Assembly: GCA_964406945.1 (NCBI GenBank)
Contig: CAYOTO010000001.1
Coordinates: 101,502 to 165,501, forward strand
DNA from: an uncultured Pirellulales bacterium
GTDB lineage: Bacteria; Planctomycetota; Phycisphaerae; Sedimentisphaerales; Anaerobacaceae
Direction of reading: 5' to 3'
Length of the DNA stretch: 64,000 bases
Shown: piece by piece, positions 20,089 through 29,853 of the stretch
How positions within the stretch are numbered: the first letter of the stretch is position 1
Layout of the letters: each line of letters opens with the position of its first letter
Translations under genes and position numbers: made by a program
Notes under the pieces: generated by a model
Told to the model about the DNA's origin: nothing
Seen by the model: the letters and a program-made list of their open reading frames with translations, nothing else
Databases searched by the model: none

Positions 20089-21681
20089 CTAGTCCAGCTT
20101 GCAAACATAAAGCTCGTTTACGAAGTCCAGTTCCCTAAGCTCCTCGATCGCCTTCTCGTCCGGGGCCTTGTCCAGACTCACCGCAAGCACCGCCTGTCCC
20201 TCGTCCGGTTTCTGCCCGACACCCATCGTGCAGATATTGATCCCGTGCTTGCCGCAAACACCGCCGACAGACCCGATCACGCCCGGCTTGTCGTCGTTGA
20301 AGATTACCAGCGCCGTCCCAGTCGGAGTCACCTCGATATTAAAACCGTCGATTTCCAGTATCCGCAGCAGTGAGCCGCCAAGAACCGATCCCGTAATCGT
20401 CCTTGTAACCTTGTCAGTCGTTACCTTGGCGCTGAAGCTCGACGTAAGATAATCCTGCGATTCGGTATTCTTAGTCACGTCGATGCTGATTCCACGCTCT
20501 TTGGCCAGCGCCGGCGTATTCACCATATTCAAAGGCAGCTCAAAATGCTTCTGCAGCAGCCCCATTGCGAAATTCAGAGTCACGCTCTCGACGTTCAGCT
20601 CCGCAATCTTGCCCTGATACTTGACCTCGATCGCCTTGATATGTCCCGGAGAAATCGTACTCGCCACCGACCCGATCCGCCTGGAAAGCTCCGAATACTT
20701 GACAACCTGCGGCGGAGCACCTCCCGCCGTCGAAGGAGCATTCAAAGCGTTCCGAACCGCTCCGCTCTTGATCGCATCCACCAGAATCTGGGCCGCTTCC
20801 GCCGCAACCTCGACCTGAGCCTCTTTTGTACTGGCCCCCAGGTGCGGCGTCACAACACAGTTCACGTACTTGCTGAAGTCGGTATTCTCCGGCGGCTCCT
20901 TCGGAAATACATCCAGTGCGGCCCCGGCGATCTTGCCCGCCTCGAGCGCCTCATAAAGCGCTTTCTCGTTAATAATACCGCCTCGCGCACAGTTTACCAG
21001 TCGAACCGTCGGCTTCATCATCTCAATTTGGGCCGAATCTATCATATTCAGGGTCTGCTCGTTCCGCGGCACGTGCACGCTGATGTAATCGGCCTGTCTG
21101 AAAATCCGGTCCAGATCGTCCGTCACTTCGACCCCCAGTTTCTCCGCATCCGGCGGCGCCGCCAGCGGATCGTAACCGAGCACCTTCATGTTGAACCCGA
21201 GCCCCATCTTCGCAACCGCCATACCGATCCGCCCGAGCCCGATCAGCCCCAGCACCTTCGCATTAAGCTGGTTGCCCATATATTTCTTGCGGTCCCACGC
21301 GCCGTCCTTCAGACTGTTGCAGGCCGGCACAACATTGCGGCTCATCGCCAGCAGCAGGGCCATCGTATGCTCGGCCGCACTCAGCGTATTACCGCCCGGC
21401 GTATTCATTACCAGAATGCCCTTTCGCGTCGCCTCCGGAATATCTATATTATCCACGCCCACCCCGGCCCGCGCAATGCCTTTGAGCTTGCCCGGGTTCT
21501 CCAGCACCTTCGACGTAACCTTAGTCCCGCTGCGGATAATCAACCCGTCATATTCGCCGATAATCGAAGCCAGCTCATCCTCACTGATCCCGGTCTTAAC
21601 AACCGCCTCTGCCCCCTCCGTATTATTGATAAGGTCTATGCCTTCCTGCGCCAGCTTGTCTGTAATCAGAATTTTAATCAT
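20089..21681 (-). CDS. serA: D-3-phosphoglycerate dehydrogenase with C-terminal ACT domain
   Basis: MIKILITDKL..., NAD-binding GLIGLGRIGMAVA, catalytic region and C-terminal ACT-like segment (ALVIFNDDKPGVIGSVGGVCGKHGINI). Confidence 0.9.
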   Translation of the reverse strand: MIKILITDKLAQEGIDLINNTEGAEAVVKTGISEDELASIIGEYDGLIIRSGTKVTSKVLENPGKLKGIARAGVGVDNIDIPEATRKGILVMNTPGGNTLSAAEHTMALLLAMSRNVVPACNSLKDGAWDRKKYMGNQLNAKVLGLIGLGRIGMAVAKMGLGFNMKVLGYDPLAAPPDAEKLGVEVTDDLDRIFRQADYISVHVPRNEQTLNMIDSAQIEMMKPTVRLVNCARGGIINEKALYEALEAGKIAGAALDVFPKEPPENTDFSKYVNCVVTPHLGASTKEAQVEVAAEAAQILVDAIKSGAVRNALNAPSTAGGAPPQVVKYSELSRRIGSVASTISPGHIKAIEVKYQGKIAELNVESVTLNFAMGLLQKHFELPLNMVNTPALAKERGISIDVTKNTESQDYLTSSFSAKVTTDKVTRTITGSVLGGSLLRILEIDGFNIEVTPTGTALVIFNDDKPGVIGSVGGVCGKHGINICTMGVGQKPDEGQAVLAVSLDKAPDEKAIEELRELDFVNELYVCKLD

Positions 21682-21833
21682 TCTCAACTTCCTAACTTAA
21701 CTTTTGTCTGCAACTTTAAAACTACCTATTTTAATAAAGTGCCTGAACCAAACAGGTCCGGCATGTATGATACCCTCGGAATTGTACCCCAAACACCGCA
21801 AACCAGCAATCGGCAATAGAAAATCGCCAATTC

Positions 21834-22259
21834 CTACGGGCTTCTTGTCGCCAGCGCTCTTGCCAGCGTAACGGCCCAACCGGTCCCGATTACCACAATT
21901 AGGCCGATAATCCAATACCAGAGCCTCACTTCCCTGAATATCCGCTCCACGAATCGGAAATATACCCCAAAAACAGCGGTCGTAAAAGCCAAAAATGCCC
22001 CGATAACCAATAAGCTGCAGATCAGGCCCCCCGCGGGCTGTATGTAGAACGATCTGAGCACCTGGCCCCGCGAAAAAGCCACTACCGAAGCCGTCATCTC
22101 GCAGGTAGGGCAGGGCAGCTCGTATTTCTGCTCGAATCCGCACGCCTCGATTAGCCTGACCCGCCCCCGGCCAACCAGGCCCGCCAGAGCAAAGCAGCCA
22201 AGAATGCCCAGAAACACTCCCGCCGCAATTATTCGCCCTCTTTTGCTCGCTCGAAGCAC
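21834..22259 (-). CDS. DUF2752-like membrane protein
   Basis: CPTCEMT motif after the first TM helix, multiple TM segments, size about 140 aa. Confidence 0.55.
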   Translation of the reverse strand: MLRASKRGRIIAAGVFLGILGCFALAGLVGRGRVRLIEACGFEQKYELPCPTCEMTASVVAFSRGQVLRSFYIQPAGGLICSLLVIGAFLAFTTAVFGVYFRFVERIFREVRLWYWIIGLIVVIGTGWAVTLARALATRSP

Positions 22260-22353
22260 TATTTTGCCCTGAAAAACCTTTAACCTTGCCGAAATTACCC
22301 CGCCACAATAGAATTATCCACAAAACCTGTCAAGGTTCGCCCAAACGCCCCCT

Positions 22354-22389
22354 AAACGCTCAAACGCTCAAACGCTCAAACGCTCAAAC
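22354..22389. repeat. 8-bp tandem repeat (AAACGCTC) x4.5
   Basis: AAACGCTCAAACGCTCAAACGCTCAAACGCTCAAAC in the divergent intergenic region between the DUF2752 and IMPase genes. Confidence 0.9.
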
Positions 22390-22500
22390 CCGATAACTAT
22401 AGATGCCGCATCGCTTGACGGCCCAGGTAAAGAGAATCCGCTAACAACCGCCGACGTAGTCGGCCTCAATCGGCGAAATAAGATACGAAATACGAAACAC

Positions 22501-23325
22501 ATGGAAAAAAGACAACTAAGCCAACTCCAGGAAACCGCCATCGTAGCCGCACGCATGGCCGGCCAGCACGCCCTCGAACTGATGAGCTACGCCAAAGGCC
22601 GGGTCAAAGAGAACAATGGATACCGCGAACTGGTAACCCAGGCCGATCCCCAATGCCAGAAAATCATCATCGACCGCATCAAGGAAACGTATCCCGACCA
22701 CGGCTTCATCGCCGAAGAGGGCCGCGAGGATAAACTCTTCAAACAGCCCCCCAGAGGCGACGAAGAAATCTGGTGGGCCATCGACCCCATCGACGGAACC
22801 AACAATTACGCCCATCAACTGCCCATTTTCGCCGTTTCCATCGCCGCAATGCACGAAGGCAGACCGGTCGCGGCCGCAATCTTCGACCCGGCCACCGAGT
22901 CCATGTTCACCGCCGTCCTCGACGGCAACGCCCAGCTTAATTCCCGCAGGATAAACGCCTCCGATGAGAAAATGTGCGAGTTCTCCACCATCGGCATCGA
23001 CAGTCACTTCGACTGGCGGGGCCACGATGCCGAATGGACTCTCAAGATGATGACTCAGACCAGATTCCGCGACATAGGCTCAACGGCCTTGCAGTTCTCG
23101 TACGTCGCCAAGGGATCGTTCATAGCCACCGTCCAGCCCGGCCCCAAACTTTGGGACATCGCCGCAGGAACACTCATAGTCGAACGCGCCGGCGGAAAAG
23201 TAACCGACTTCCAGGGCAATCCCGTGTTCCCGCTGAACCTGGAAGAATACTCCGGCCGGAAATTCAAGACCGTAGCCTCCAACGCCTCCGCCCACCCCGC
23301 GATCCTGAATCTCATAAACCAATAA
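22501..23325 (+). CDS. inositol monophosphatase family protein (SuhB-like)
   Basis: FIAEEG, WAIDPIDGTNNYAH, WDIAAG motifs. Confidence 0.85.
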   Translation: MEKRQLSQLQETAIVAARMAGQHALELMSYAKGRVKENNGYRELVTQADPQCQKIIIDRIKETYPDHGFIAEEGREDKLFKQPPRGDEEIWWAIDPIDGTNNYAHQLPIFAVSIAAMHEGRPVAAAIFDPATESMFTAVLDGNAQLNSRRINASDEKMCEFSTIGIDSHFDWRGHDAEWTLKMMTQTRFRDIGSTALQFSYVAKGSFIATVQPGPKLWDIAAGTLIVERAGGKVTDFQGNPVFPLNLEEYSGRKFKTVASNASAHPAILNLINQ

Positions 23326-23425
23326 CCCTCCCGACCGGCACCCATTCCTCTAACCCCTCGTAAAAGGTGACGCAAGAAAGAAACGTACAAACAGCTATTC
23401 AACACCTGTCCCAACCGTGACTAAA

Positions 23426-23451
23426 TCATGCTGAGCAAAGAGAAGCATCCG
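23426..23451. repeat. REP-like hairpin element (CATGCTGAGCRAAGMGAAGCAT family), copy 1
   Basis: ATCATGCTGAGCAAAGAGAAGCATCC. Related copies at 30824-30853 and 34521-34551. Confidence 0.6.
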
Positions 23452-23619
23452 GTAGACTTGCGTGGTTCGTCACAGCGTCCTCCGCAAAAAGAATTCACTT
23501 GACCATCGCCAACCCGCATCGTCGCAAATCGTCAATCCATCATGCTTCCCACCGTACCACGCCATCGTCCCGCCGAGAGCATCGCTTCAAATCGGCAATC
23601 GGCAATCGAAAATCGACAA

Positions 23620-26343
23620 TCACCTGGGGTCCGGCACCGGCGAGATTGCAACTACCTTCACCTGGTCTTGCGGCCGATAGACATTGCTTCTATCTAGAAT
23701 CGCGATCACCCGTTTCTGCGGCCCGGTCTCTCCGATGCGAACCAGAATATACGCCGTAAACACGTCGCTGCGAACCGTTGCCAGATTGCTTATCCGCGAT
23801 AGAAGAATATCTCTCTCCTCGAAATCGTCCACAGCACCGTCATTCGGCGTCAGATCAGGATAGCCGGCAAGGTCGGCATTGTCCCTGCCCAGCCAATCCA
23901 TGCCACGACCGGGCAGCGGGATCTGCACCTGCATCAACTCGCTCAGACTTCGATAGCCCCCGACTATATTTCTGGTCCGAACTATATCGCGACTTAGTTG
24001 CATCGACATCCACGGAAGCTGTGCAATTACAAACGGCGGGGCCGTGTTAACGTTTATTCGCCCGGGTACCTTCAACTCGGCTCTGTAGCCGCGTGAGACA
24101 ACATAACTGTCGTTGGGGTCGGTTATTCCATCGGCATCATTATCCAGCCCGTCGCGTGCCGGATCGAATACAGTCAGGTACTGGAAGAGATTCGTAAACC
24201 CGGGCGATTCTATATCCAACCGTATATCCGCTTCTCCCGTCGCGGCCGCAAACTGCAACCCGATCATATCGTTGGGATCCGGACTCGGAGCGATCGTAAG
24301 GACCCTCCCTATCTGGCCCACCGTCCTGAACTTCCCACCCGTAGCTAGGTTGTAGTTATGTTTACTGCCGCCCGGCCCGTTATCCTGGCCCAGCGTCGAG
24401 GCCGGAGTTGAATTCACATCCTGATAAACGACATTCCAGTTGTCATCGGCTCTGGCGTAATACTGCGCCGTGCCTCTGATTTGGTCCCAATCGAACCATG
24501 TGTTCTCTGTCTCCTGCCTGTCAAGATAGAGATCACCAGTCGGCCCGATTGTCCGTTTAAGCTCGATATCGTAGTTTTCCGCGATATAATCCGGCGGCTG
24601 ATTCGCCGGTGTATTCGGATCCAACGTATAAGTCGCCAGAACCAGAGCCGCATTCACCCTCCGATACGGCAGTGCGCCGGATACATTCAAATCCGCCATT
24701 GCATCCTGACGGTTGGTGATTACAAAATGCCCGCCGGCGGGCACGACTCCGCCCGTGAAATTGACCGGCCCGGCAGGTGTCCCATCCTGTTTTCGCAGCT
24801 CAAGCCGGTAGTTCGTCAAGCCAATTGGTATGTCGAACGGATTATATAGTTCCACGGCAAAGCTATTGTCCGTCGAAACCGACGGGTCACCCCCGTCGAT
24901 CAAGAAGCCGATCTCGCTTATGAAAGGCTGCGGCTCGAATCCGTAATACGTCACTGCATTCGGCCCCGGAGCTGGCGTCCACAATGTCGGGTCGGCATCG
25001 CTGTCCCGGTAATCGATTATATTAACCGCAAGCTGAGCCGCCTTGCCGTTCGGATCGACCGCTCTGTTGCGCCGCAACACTTCATTCAAAACAAGGTAAA
25101 GTTCATTCACGTCCGCCGTATTCAAACCCGCCATCCGCCCGCCATTAAACGCGAGCCCCAGCGGGTTTATTGTCCTGTCGTAGCTATAAGTAGTGGAAAG
25201 GTGCCTGTATGCGTAATCTACATCAATATTCGGGTCATTTACCTCAGTCGCGAAGGCACTTTGGAACCATTCGTCCAGATCTGAGGCGGTTGCTACGGGA
25301 CGTCGCTTGTCTTTCGGCGTTCGAAAAGCCCACATCAGTTGCGGATCGAAGGTTTCAATGCGAGCATCAATATCTTCATGATTAATCACGTATCTATACC
25401 GCAGTTCCAGTTCGTCGGAGATGTCAAAAGGAGTGTACCCGGCCCGCGGACGCGAGTAATTCCATATCACATCTTGTTCGTATAGTCCGAAGTTATTGGC
25501 CAGCACGCTGTCGCCGTCAGCCCTTGCCAGCAGCAGTTCATTCCTTCGCTGGGGGTTATAATTCCAGACTCCCGGCCGCCACGACATCGCCATGAGATTG
25601 ACCTGCAGCAGACTGCTTCCGTCTATATCGCCGGGGGCCAGGTTCGGGTCGGTCGGATTGCGCGGAAATTCCAGTCCCGTATTCACATTCAGCATACCAC
25701 AGTTGTCGATCACCCGTATAGCCGCGTATATCGGCTTACCCCTGCTGGACTCCTGGCCTTCCAGTTCAATCCACTTCGAATCGGCTACGCCGTCGCCGTC
25801 GGCATCGGCCATCTGCTCCAGCAGATTGCCGTCTGCAACTATAACAGGTTTCTGATCGGCAATTATCCCGGCATCGGGATCGGCTAGTGCCGCTGATTCT
25901 TTGATTCGCACGTTGCGAGTCGACCAGCCTTTGTTATTCGCCGCCTGGCGCCGCCTCTTCAGATATCCTGTCACATCACTGATCTGTTCCCACAGATACG
26001 CCGGGGCCGTACCCATGATCCCATCATTCGGATCATACGGCTCGTTACTCGCCAGCCACTCGTCCTGAAGTCCTGGATAATCCTCGTATTCGATATTGCG
26101 ATTCGGATCGATTCCCGGCACGTCTGATACCAGTTGCTCGCATATCTCGGCCACCACCGTATCGACCGCCAGATTCAGCTCGCGGTTTTCACTCAGTGCC
26201 GAGCTGGCCACGTTGTCGACGCGTGCCATCAGCAGGAACGCAACCCCCACCACGGCCAGAAGCGTAATCAGGACTATAGTCAGCACCAGCGCCGATCCGC
26301 CGCGACCGCCCCGAACAGAATGTCGCAAAACAGTCATATCCAT
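23620..26343 (-). CDS. very large GspK-like minor pseudopilin
   Basis: N-terminus RGGSALVLTIVLITLLAVVGVAFLLMA is a GspK-type non-cleaved hydrophobic segment. Last gene of the pseudopilin operon. About 900 aa versus about 330 for canonical GspK. Confidence 0.6.
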   Translation of the reverse strand: MDMTVLRHSVRGGRGGSALVLTIVLITLLAVVGVAFLLMARVDNVASSALSENRELNLAVDTVVAEICEQLVSDVPGIDPNRNIEYEDYPGLQDEWLASNEPYDPNDGIMGTAPAYLWEQISDVTGYLKRRRQAANNKGWSTRNVRIKESAALADPDAGIIADQKPVIVADGNLLEQMADADGDGVADSKWIELEGQESSRGKPIYAAIRVIDNCGMLNVNTGLEFPRNPTDPNLAPGDIDGSSLLQVNLMAMSWRPGVWNYNPQRRNELLLARADGDSVLANNFGLYEQDVIWNYSRPRAGYTPFDISDELELRYRYVINHEDIDARIETFDPQLMWAFRTPKDKRRPVATASDLDEWFQSAFATEVNDPNIDVDYAYRHLSTTYSYDRTINPLGLAFNGGRMAGLNTADVNELYLVLNEVLRRNRAVDPNGKAAQLAVNIIDYRDSDADPTLWTPAPGPNAVTYYGFEPQPFISEIGFLIDGGDPSVSTDNSFAVELYNPFDIPIGLTNYRLELRKQDGTPAGPVNFTGGVVPAGGHFVITNRQDAMADLNVSGALPYRRVNAALVLATYTLDPNTPANQPPDYIAENYDIELKRTIGPTGDLYLDRQETENTWFDWDQIRGTAQYYARADDNWNVVYQDVNSTPASTLGQDNGPGGSKHNYNLATGGKFRTVGQIGRVLTIAPSPDPNDMIGLQFAAATGEADIRLDIESPGFTNLFQYLTVFDPARDGLDNDADGITDPNDSYVVSRGYRAELKVPGRINVNTAPPFVIAQLPWMSMQLSRDIVRTRNIVGGYRSLSELMQVQIPLPGRGMDWLGRDNADLAGYPDLTPNDGAVDDFEERDILLSRISNLATVRSDVFTAYILVRIGETGPQKRVIAILDRSNVYRPQDQVKVVAISPVPDPR

Positions 26344-26537
26344 ACCAATTCCACCCCAAAACCAACATCCGCCAACCAACCGCTTAAAAACGTCCCAATA
26401 TCCGACTCAATCGCCCCGCACCTGATTCGGGTCCAGCACCATCACACAGGCCTGCACGCAAATACTCATATGCCGCTTCCGACCCGGCGACCCTGCTTGC
26501 ACCTGCGAACCCGAGCGAACCCGCCGACAACCGCACG

Positions 26538-26566
26538 ACTTTTTTACTTTTTACTTTTTACTTTTT
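26538..26566. repeat. heptamer tandem repeat (ACTTTTT)x4
   Basis: ACTTTTTTACTTTTTACTTTTTACTTTTT immediately downstream of the stop of the GspJ-like gene. Confidence 0.85.
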
Positions 26567-27647
26567 AATTGAGATAAACTATATGCGTAAACGTCCGCCC
26601 CTTCTTCAAAACACCCTTCGAATCATAAAGCGTAAACGTAAACTTCAAAGCCCGCCCAAGCCCCGGTATCATATCAAAATGCGCCGCATCCAGATTCTGC
26701 GGATAATTCGAACTCTGCTTGTAGGCGGCAAATGGCCCTCTGCCCTGGAGCATTTTTCGGGGATACCACAGACCCGGCGCCTCGGTCTTATGCAGAATTG
26801 GCGAGCCGTTCGGATCCAGAATAAAATGCGAGTCGATCAGACTCCCGTCTCCGTCCGGGTCAACTTCCGGAATCCAACGCCCCGTATTTCCCCTGGACTT
26901 ATGCCACCCTTGAACCATGAACTCCCCGACACCCTCGCACATCAGCAAATGAATCGAATTAGGGTCCCCGCCATCGATTCTGCTGCCGCGTATCCGCTCA
27001 TCCGTCCGGGTAGGCTGTATCTCGATATCCAGTATCACACTCAGCATGTCAACCTTGTCCTGCAGTGGCAGCGTCATCCATTGACCGAGCGAAATCCTCT
27101 CGTGTTCACGCTTGTTCCAATCCCGCCAGCCCTGGTCATTGTTATTGAACTGTGCGAATGGCGGCAGAGCAGCCAGATCGGCGTCGTTGACAAGAATATG
27201 CTGGGTACGTGCCAGTCTACGCTTTCGTCTCTGTTGCCCATCCGGTTTGGTATTATTCTTATCCCTTGCCAGTGAATAGCAGATTCTGGCGAGATGCCCG
27301 CGGACGGGGTCTGGCGGCGTCCCATACAAGCCGTAAGACTGAAAGTCGCCATTTGCAAAGAACATAATCCGGTCCATCCGCAAATAGCCGTCCAGATCGT
27401 CCCCGTCAAGCTTCCCGGCCCGTTTCGCAACCCAGGCCACGCATATTTCACCATCCTTCCGAAGCCCCTTGAAATCCGCATTCAACTGATCCGTAATCGC
27501 GCGGAACTTCTGCATGATCTCCGCGTTAGCCATCGCCACGCGGTGCGATTCGATACAGACCCGGAATATCTTGCTCGCAATCAGCAGAACAACCACCAGT
27601 ATCGCAATCGAAACCGCAAGCTCAATTAGCGTAAATGCTTTTCTCAT
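26565..27647 (-). CDS. pseudopilin (GspJ-like), prepilin-type N-terminal methylation domain
   Basis: MRKAFTLIELAVSIAILVVVLLIAS at the inferred start; the upstream part of ORF 26565..27773 is discarded. Confidence 0.75.
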   Translation of the reverse strand: MRKAFTLIELAVSIAILVVVLLIASKIFRVCIESHRVAMANAEIMQKFRAITDQLNADFKGLRKDGEICVAWVAKRAGKLDGDDLDGYLRMDRIMFFANGDFQSYGLYGTPPDPVRGHLARICYSLARDKNNTKPDGQQRRKRRLARTQHILVNDADLAALPPFAQFNNNDQGWRDWNKREHERISLGQWMTLPLQDKVDMLSVILDIEIQPTRTDERIRGSRIDGGDPNSIHLLMCEGVGEFMVQGWHKSRGNTGRWIPEVDPDGDGSLIDSHFILDPNGSPILHKTEAPGLWYPRKMLQGRGPFAAYKQSSNYPQNLDAAHFDMIPGLGRALKFTFTLYDSKGVLKKGRTFTHIVYLN

Positions 27648-27667
27648 CGCAAAAACTTCTCGACCGC

Positions 27668-28435
27668 TCAAAAACGGATCACTTTCTGATAAACCGCCAC
27701 ACAAGGATACCGTCCACCACCCGTCGGCGGACAGACAACCCAAACAAGCTTCGGGGCTGAAGGTCCTCGCCATGGTTTGTCCAGTACCACAGCGTCGTTG
27801 CTATTTCCAGGCTGTGGCTGCCGTTCTCTAACCCTGTATAACTGCCCCGTCTCATCGTCAACTATCGTGCAGCCGTCGTTTATCCATGTCTCCTTATTCA
27901 CCGTCGGATCCGGATCTGCTATCGTAAGGACATTTGCCCCAGCCGTACCCGTCACAACAACCGGCATCCGCACCGGCCACCCGTGTCCCCCGGGGAATTT
28001 CGGCGAAGCCCCCACCTTGCGACTCACAAACACCGTCACCTGCACCGTCCGCGGATTCGCAACCAGATTCGGGTCATTCGGATCAGCCGCAAGCCGACAC
28101 AGAGCCGACCAGTAATACTGCTTCGGGCCCGAAGTCTGCGTCGACGGATAAGCAACCTCGACCTTCGGCAAATTCGGATCCAACTGGGCGATCAGTTTCT
28201 CGGCCGGTGTTTGGGAGTTATACGCCAGTCCCGACGGATTCAGACCGAATATCCGAATCTTCGCAAACGCCTCGTCCGCCGCGATGCTCGCCGTGGTCCG
28301 CTCCGAAGCAACCGTCGTCATATGCACGCTGACAAGAAACGTCCCCCCCACGAACAGCATCCCCACCGCCAGCGTCGCAACCGCCAGCAGAACCTCAGTC
28401 AGCGAAAAACCCCGTTGTCGTCTGCAAATCTTCAT
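27668..28435 (-). CDS. pseudopilin (GspI-like), prepilin-type N-terminal domain
   Basis: MKICRRQRGFSLTEVLLAVATLAVGMLFVGG. Confidence 0.7.
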   Translation of the reverse strand: MKICRRQRGFSLTEVLLAVATLAVGMLFVGGTFLVSVHMTTVASERTTASIAADEAFAKIRIFGLNPSGLAYNSQTPAEKLIAQLDPNLPKVEVAYPSTQTSGPKQYYWSALCRLAADPNDPNLVANPRTVQVTVFVSRKVGASPKFPGGHGWPVRMPVVVTGTAGANVLTIADPDPTVNKETWINDGCTIVDDETGQLYRVRERQPQPGNSNDAVVLDKPWRGPSAPKLVWVVCPPTGGGRYPCVAVYQKVIRF

Positions 28436-28527
28436 AGTCCGTTGCACGGCCAACCCGTGCCTGAAACAGTCATCAGCCCAAGGCTGATTCCACAACTTCA
28501 TCTTTTTTACTTTTTGCTTCTGCCTTT

Positions 28528-29355
28528 TCACTTGTTCCCAACAATCCGCCCCGTATGCGGATTAATATACATCACCTCCGAAGCCAGCTTCGAAAGATAA
28601 CCGCTCCAAGCCGTCCCCTTCTTGTACTCCTGCAGCAGCCGCTGCTTCTCGAAAACCACAAACCCATTGCGACTGGCCTCCCGCCCGTACCCGTACGCCA
28701 TATTGTTGGGATTTGCGGGACGGGGATAATCATCCTGGGCGAATCTGCCCGCCCGATTCCCCGCAGACGCCTGGGCAATATTGTATATTGAATTGAAAAT
28801 TCCGTCCCATGCCGCTATCCCGTTGTCGTTGTCCGGCCTGAACACACCCGTTCGATTGCGAACCCGAACGTCGTGAATAACCAGCTTGCCCGCCGGCGAA
28901 AACACAATCGAAAACGTAGTCATATCGTTCACATCCACCGGATCGTCCGCCTCGACGTCGGTGTCGACCCGCTGGTTGCCCGCGATCGTCAAATCCGTCA
29001 CCCCGATCCGCTCCGAAAGCTTTATCGGTTCCATCCCCTCCACGGCCTTGAAACCGTACGCCATCATCGCCGAGTCCTGAATAATGAAAATCATATATTG
29101 GTTCGACTTCAACGGCGCGCCGGAATCATACTCGTACTGAAAACGCACCCCCGCGTACCGCTGATTCTTCAGAGCAATCGACCGCGCCGTCGAAAGGGCG
29201 CCGCTGATCATCGCCTTGGCCCCGGCCGCGTCGTCGAACGACCGAAAGAACATCCGCGCAGCCGGCATCGCGATCCCCGCCAGCACCACTATCGCCGCGA
29301 CGACCATCGTGACTTCGGTCAGCGTAACACCGGATTGTCTGCGTCTGTTTCGCAT
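28528..29355 (-). CDS. pseudopilin (GspH-like), prepilin-type N-terminal domain
   Basis: MRNRRRQSGVTLTEVTMVVAAIVVLAGIAMPA. Confidence 0.7.
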   Translation of the reverse strand: MRNRRRQSGVTLTEVTMVVAAIVVLAGIAMPAARMFFRSFDDAAGAKAMISGALSTARSIALKNQRYAGVRFQYEYDSGAPLKSNQYMIFIIQDSAMMAYGFKAVEGMEPIKLSERIGVTDLTIAGNQRVDTDVEADDPVDVNDMTTFSIVFSPAGKLVIHDVRVRNRTGVFRPDNDNGIAAWDGIFNSIYNIAQASAGNRAGRFAQDDYPRPANPNNMAYGYGREASRNGFVVFEKQRLLQEYKKGTAWSGYLSKLASEVMYINPHTGRIVGNK

Positions 29356-29356
29356 G

Positions 29357-29830
29357 TTATTGATTCGTCAGGTCGTCGTCTCTTTTGCCCGGAGCGAACG
29401 ATTTGTTCGGCCCCGCCGACCATACCTGCGGAAAAGTATCCCTGTTCTGCCTGTATCTGTAATCCAGCACCGTCCCCCAAGCGTCGCGTATCTGCGGCGT
29501 ATTCGGTCCCGCGACATAAAACCGGCTGTCGATCTTCTCGATAATCTCGCGACAGTCCCGAACGGCCTGCAGTTGGCCGTACATGTCCCCGCAGTAGGGC
29601 GGTGAGTTCGGATCCTGCGAAAGATCCGCCGGAAAAGCACCCTCGCTGTCGTAATACTGCTGCAACGCCGCATCCACAATCGACAGCACATTCTCCGTAG
29701 CCCGTTCCTTGCTCTGGTCGTCAATGCGCCTGGCAACGCTTATAACAAGACCGGCCAACACCACGATTACCGCAATAACCGCAAGCATCTCAACCAGAGT
29801 CAAACCAGGTTTGTTCTTGTAGCAGTCCAT
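29357..29830 (-). CDS. gspG: major pseudopilin GspG-like
   Basis: KPGLTLVEMLAVIAVIVVLAGLVI, size about 155 aa, C-terminal DAWG...VWSAGPNKSF as in GspG. Confidence 0.75.
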   Translation of the reverse strand: MDCYKNKPGLTLVEMLAVIAVIVVLAGLVISVARRIDDQSKERATENVLSIVDAALQQYYDSEGAFPADLSQDPNSPPYCGDMYGQLQAVRDCREIIEKIDSRFYVAGPNTPQIRDAWGTVLDYRYRQNRDTFPQVWSAGPNKSFAPGKRDDDLTNQ

Positions 29831-29853
29831 TGTCCACACCAGAAACTTATACC

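Noticed and set aside
21697-22323. 208-aa minus-strand ORF overlapping the DUF2752 gene
   Set aside because: It is a different frame of the same region with a Gly/Arg-rich translation. The 141-aa frame has TM helices and the CPxC motif.
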